From IMG/VR virus record IMGVR_UViG_3300037483_000299, positions 1-64,000 of that record: 64,000 bases of DNA; one strand, given 5' to 3'. A model generated the notes under the pieces. That model was given only the letters and a program-made list of their open reading frames with translations, ran no database searches and had not been told where the DNA came from. This DNA is from a virus. Positions 60,815 to 64,000 of this stretch are shown one piece after another (within the stretch, counting starts at the first letter, position 1; every line of letters begins with the position of its first letter). The position numbers and the translations under genes were made by a program.

Positions 60815-61633
60815 TCTGGCCTGCCGGCATCGCGGCGGCGTTGCGGGCGGTGAAGATCGGCCGGGCCGTGTACGGGCGGGTCGCATGACCCGGCTCAATT
60901 GGGCAACGCTCTACGCCTCGTGGTGGGTCATCATCCCGCTCGGCTATGGCGTGTGGCTGCTGGGGAAGTGGGTCCGGCGGCGGGGCGGGAGGGGGCAATG
61001 AACTCGCCTCACAGCCGACGCGCGATCGTCCGGCATTACGGCAAACGGCTGGTCGTATTGTGCGACCTCGGGCATGTCATCGAGACCCATGAGATCGACC
61101 GGAGCTACGGCGGGTCTGCTCTCCACGTCACGCTGATGCAGCACCAGAACGGTGAGCCGAACCGGTTTGATCGGCTAGCGATGGTCTGTCAGGGCCACGG
61201 CCACGAGGCGGTGGCACGATCCCCTGGCTCGTGGCGCTCGGTCTCCTGCTGCTCTACCTGGGCTACTCCATCGGGGTGCGGCATGGCTGTTCGCTCGGCA
61301 AAACAGAGCGGGAGACGTTGCGGGATGGCCTGGACGCGGCACTCCGGCAGGTGGCGGAAATCCCGCCGTTTGAGGGACCGTACATCATCGGACCACCGAC
61401 CTACACGGCGAGCCATGTCTACCAGTACCGGCGTCCGATGGGGCCGCCACGGAGGATAGGATGAGCGACCACCAGGCAATCAAGCGGATACTCCTGAGCG
61501 AGTTGTCCTCCGGTTGGAGCGACGGGGAACGCCACCGGCGGGCCTGTCTCCTAGCCGAGCGTATTGAGCGCGCCCTTACCTTGGCGCACCGCAATCGGGG
61601 CAAGGCCGTGAAGTTGCTGCTCACGGTGGCCCG

Positions 61634-62052
61634 ATGACCCCGCCTCGCGTCGTGCTCACACGTCAAGATCACCTTGCCGACTGCGGCTGCGAGTGGGAGG
61701 AAGGCTGCTGGTATCCCTGCGCGAGCTGCATGGCGTACGCGCAGTACGTCCCGGACGGCTTGCCCGGCTATCCCGGAATGCCGTTGCCGCAGTACGACGC
61801 GGCGTGGATTGACAAGCTGCCTGACTTCCCGATGGGGCGCTGATGGGGTGCTCGCCTGATCTGGACCGCTCGGTGGAGGAGCTGACGGACGCCGGATACC
61901 GCGTCCTCACTCCACTGGAACGCGCGGCGCTGCTGCTGAATGTGAATCTCTGCCGGAACCTGCTGGCGTACCAGCGGAGTGCGGAGACAGACGAGATGAA
62001 CCAGGCGCTGAAGTGGGTGGCTGACAGTCTCGAAGGTAGCACGCACACCTAA
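61634..62052 (+). other. Two small early genes homologous to 16656-17163
   Basis: 61634-61843 and 61843-62052 are near-identical proteins to the first copy. Confidence 0.65.
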
Positions 62053-62777
62053 CCCCGGAACGCCGGAGAGCCCGGCGGGAGGATGTAGGACCATGAGTCA
62101 GAAACCGGACAGCACGACCGCGAAGGATAGCGGGACCAGTTTCGCCGCGCATCCCGAAGGCCAGTACGCGATGGTCTGCGTGGACGTGGTGAACCTGGGC
62201 ACGAACATCGAACAGTTCCCCGGTCAGGACGCCAAGGAAGTGGACAAGGCGGCGCTGGTGTTCGCCTCGGGGGAGCGGCAAGAGGACAAGACGTTGACCG
62301 TGGTCACCGTCGAAATGACGCTCTCCATGAACGAGAAGGCGAACATGCGGAAGTTCTTGGAGAGCTGGCGTGGGAAGTCGTACACGCCGGAGCAGGCGGC
62401 GTCCGGTGTGCCGCTCCACAAGGTCCAGGGCCAGACGGCGCTCGTGAGTGTCGAGCACATTTTGACCAAGCGGGGCCGGAAGTTCGCCAAGGTACGGAGC
62501 ATCGCGCCCCTGCCCAAGAAGATGGACGCCCCCGACGCTGGCGTGTTGGAGGAATACGAGCGGCCGAAGTTCTTGGAAGACAAGAAGGCCGAATACGCCA
62601 AGGCGCTGGCGAAGTACCGGCAGGACGTGCATGCCGACGTGGATCAGTCCGTTGGGGAGTATCCCGACGACTTCGATCAGACCGACGACACAGACGATCT
62701 GCCGTTCTGATGCAGACACCTGACCATGCGGTTGCGCGGTCACCGATGGCGGAGATTGAAGGCCGTCTCGGGATTGA
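61996..62777 (+). repeat. 782-bp identical direct repeat, copy 2
   Basis: Matches 17107-17888. Confidence 0.9.
62093..62710 (+). CDS. SSB-like phage replication protein, copy 2
   Basis: Identical to 17204-17821. Confidence 0.7.
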   Translation: MSQKPDSTTAKDSGTSFAAHPEGQYAMVCVDVVNLGTNIEQFPGQDAKEVDKAALVFASGERQEDKTLTVVTVEMTLSMNEKANMRKFLESWRGKSYTPEQAASGVPLHKVQGQTALVSVEHILTKRGRKFAKVRSIAPLPKKMDAPDAGVLEEYERPKFLEDKKAEYAKALAKYRQDVHADVDQSVGEYPDDFDQTDDTDDLPF

Positions 62778-63123
62778 TCCGATTCACGTCCTGAACGCCC
62801 AGCGGTTGGCGCTCATCAACGAGGGCTGTGACTTGCGGGCGGTGCATGGCGCGTTCGGCACGTTTGACCCGCAGCGCAAAAGCCAGCTCGCGGTCATCAA
62901 GATGGCGCTCCGGGCCCGGGCGCAACTCGACAAGGTGAAAGTCACCGAGGCCAGCCTGGACGATCAGGCCCATGCGGACCCCCGGTATGTCGAGTTCGTG
63001 ACCGAGGCGACGAAGCAGCGGGCCCGGCTGGCGCAGATCGAGGGCAAGATCGAGGCGATAGACCAGACGATCAGGAGAGCCAACGTGGTGGCCCGCTACG
63101 TGTGTGATGAGACGCGGCTGTGA
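62710..63123 (+). CDS. UvsY-like coiled-coil protein, copy 2
   Basis: One amino acid difference (A to E) from 17821-18234, plus many synonymous changes. Confidence 0.45.
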   Translation: MQTPDHAVARSPMAEIEGRLGIDPIHVLNAQRLALINEGCDLRAVHGAFGTFDPQRKSQLAVIKMALRARAQLDKVKVTEASLDDQAHADPRYVEFVTEATKQRARLAQIEGKIEAIDQTIRRANVVARYVCDETRL

Positions 63124-64000
63124 GGAACCGGAAGCGGTGCCCGCCCTTTGTGCCGCCCGATCTCTGGGCGCAATGCCAGAAGACGATGCAAGTCTGCTGG
63201 AAACATCAGTGGTACGGGCTCGCGGCGGGCGCATGTCCGGGCTGTCATCCCCGACCGGACGTGACGATGCCTACGGGCGTATACGACCCGGGCGACGTGT
63301 ACGGGGACGGCCCGATGCCGCCGCATACGACGGGAATCCGCGAGGAGCGGATCGAGAAAGGCGGGACCCCATGAGCGGCGCGACGCGGAAGCCCCAGGTG
63401 GGCGACGTGGTGATGGTGAATGGACGGGTCCCGCGCCACCTCTGGGACGATGTACCACCTGGCACGATTGGCATGGTTCAAGGGCGGACCGGTAGCGGCG
63501 TCATGTGGTGGGTTCAACTCAGCGACGTAGGAGCACATGCCCGGCGTTGGTTCTTCGCGCGCGAACTGTCGGTCTTGGGAGATATCCGATGACCCCGCCC
63601 CGTGAGGCCGCGCCGACCTCGCGCCCGTGGTACGTAGATGAGGGGACCAACGTCTACGATGCCAACCACAGGTTCGTCGCGGAGTGTGACCAGTCGGAAT
63701 TCGCCGAGCTGATTGTGTCCGCCGTGAACGCCTACGACCCCGAGGCCCTGGCCCGGCTGACGGCCGAGAACGTGCGGCTCCGGGCGGCGCTGGATGAATG
63801 TCTCAACGTACTCATCGGCTGTGTAGTCCCAGGCCCCGGCGTTGACGACCGGGCCGCAATGCTTGGGGCTCAAGCTATGGCCCGTGCGGCGCTGGCGGGG
63901 ACCCCATGACCGACCCCCGTCCCCTCGATACCCCGATGGGCCATCCCATCGTCTCCCGTCATGCCGACGACGTGGCCATGCGCCGGGAGCCCCTGGTCAG
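63120..64000 (+). other. Small early genes, mosaic homologues of 18231-19440 (63120-63374, 63371-63592, 63589-63909, 63906 to window end)
   Basis: Shared termini with different middles. Confidence 0.6.

Noticed and set aside
17821-63123. Diversity-generating retroelement template/variable repeat pair
   Set aside because: Differences are mostly synonymous and not adenine-specific; no reverse transcriptase is present
17107-64000. Terminal redundancy of a single genome
   Set aside because: Flanks of the identical core differ by many substitutions and gene indels, and the upstream structural modules are unrelated
1-64000. Prophage att sites, tRNA genes or host flanks
   Set aside because: None recognised; integration state and host cannot be established from this window

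Overview
GC-rich tailed-phage DNA throughout; no host housekeeping genes, tRNA, rRNA or CRISPR array were seen. Layout: (A) 1-12.5 kb, the second half of a long-tailed (sipho-type) morphogenesis operon: capsid cement, major capsid, neck, tail tube, frameshifted chaperone, tape measure and tail tip, with a Maf/sialyltransferase-like enzyme among Ser-Thr-studded virion proteins. 12.5-14.9 kb holds a minus-strand methyltransferase/lipoprotein cassette and a cI/cro-like switch. 14.9-31 kb is an early region of small genes (SSB-like, Dam methylase, DUF5131, VRR-NUC, a possible integrase remnant). (B) 31-58.6 kb is a second, short-tailed (P22/podo-type) morphogenesis module: terminase, portal, scaffold, capsid, adaptor, nozzle, ejection proteins and a membrane-protein cluster with a stand-alone receiver domain. 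58.7-60 kb is a second methyltransferase cassette behind the same palindromic control region, and 60.5-64 kb is a second, diverged copy of the early region. A 782-bp identical block (SSB-like gene) recurs 44,889 bp apart, so the window reads as two related phages joined at that block (real cointegrate or assembly chimera; undecidable without reads). Best candidate novel systems: virion Ser/Thr glycosylation; a secreted paralogue of a virion polysaccharide-lyase-like domain; a receiver/PCPP-peptide/multi-TM mini signalling module; and a swappable methyltransferase cassette under a conserved palindromic operator. All family assignments are from motif recognition and synteny, not database searches.
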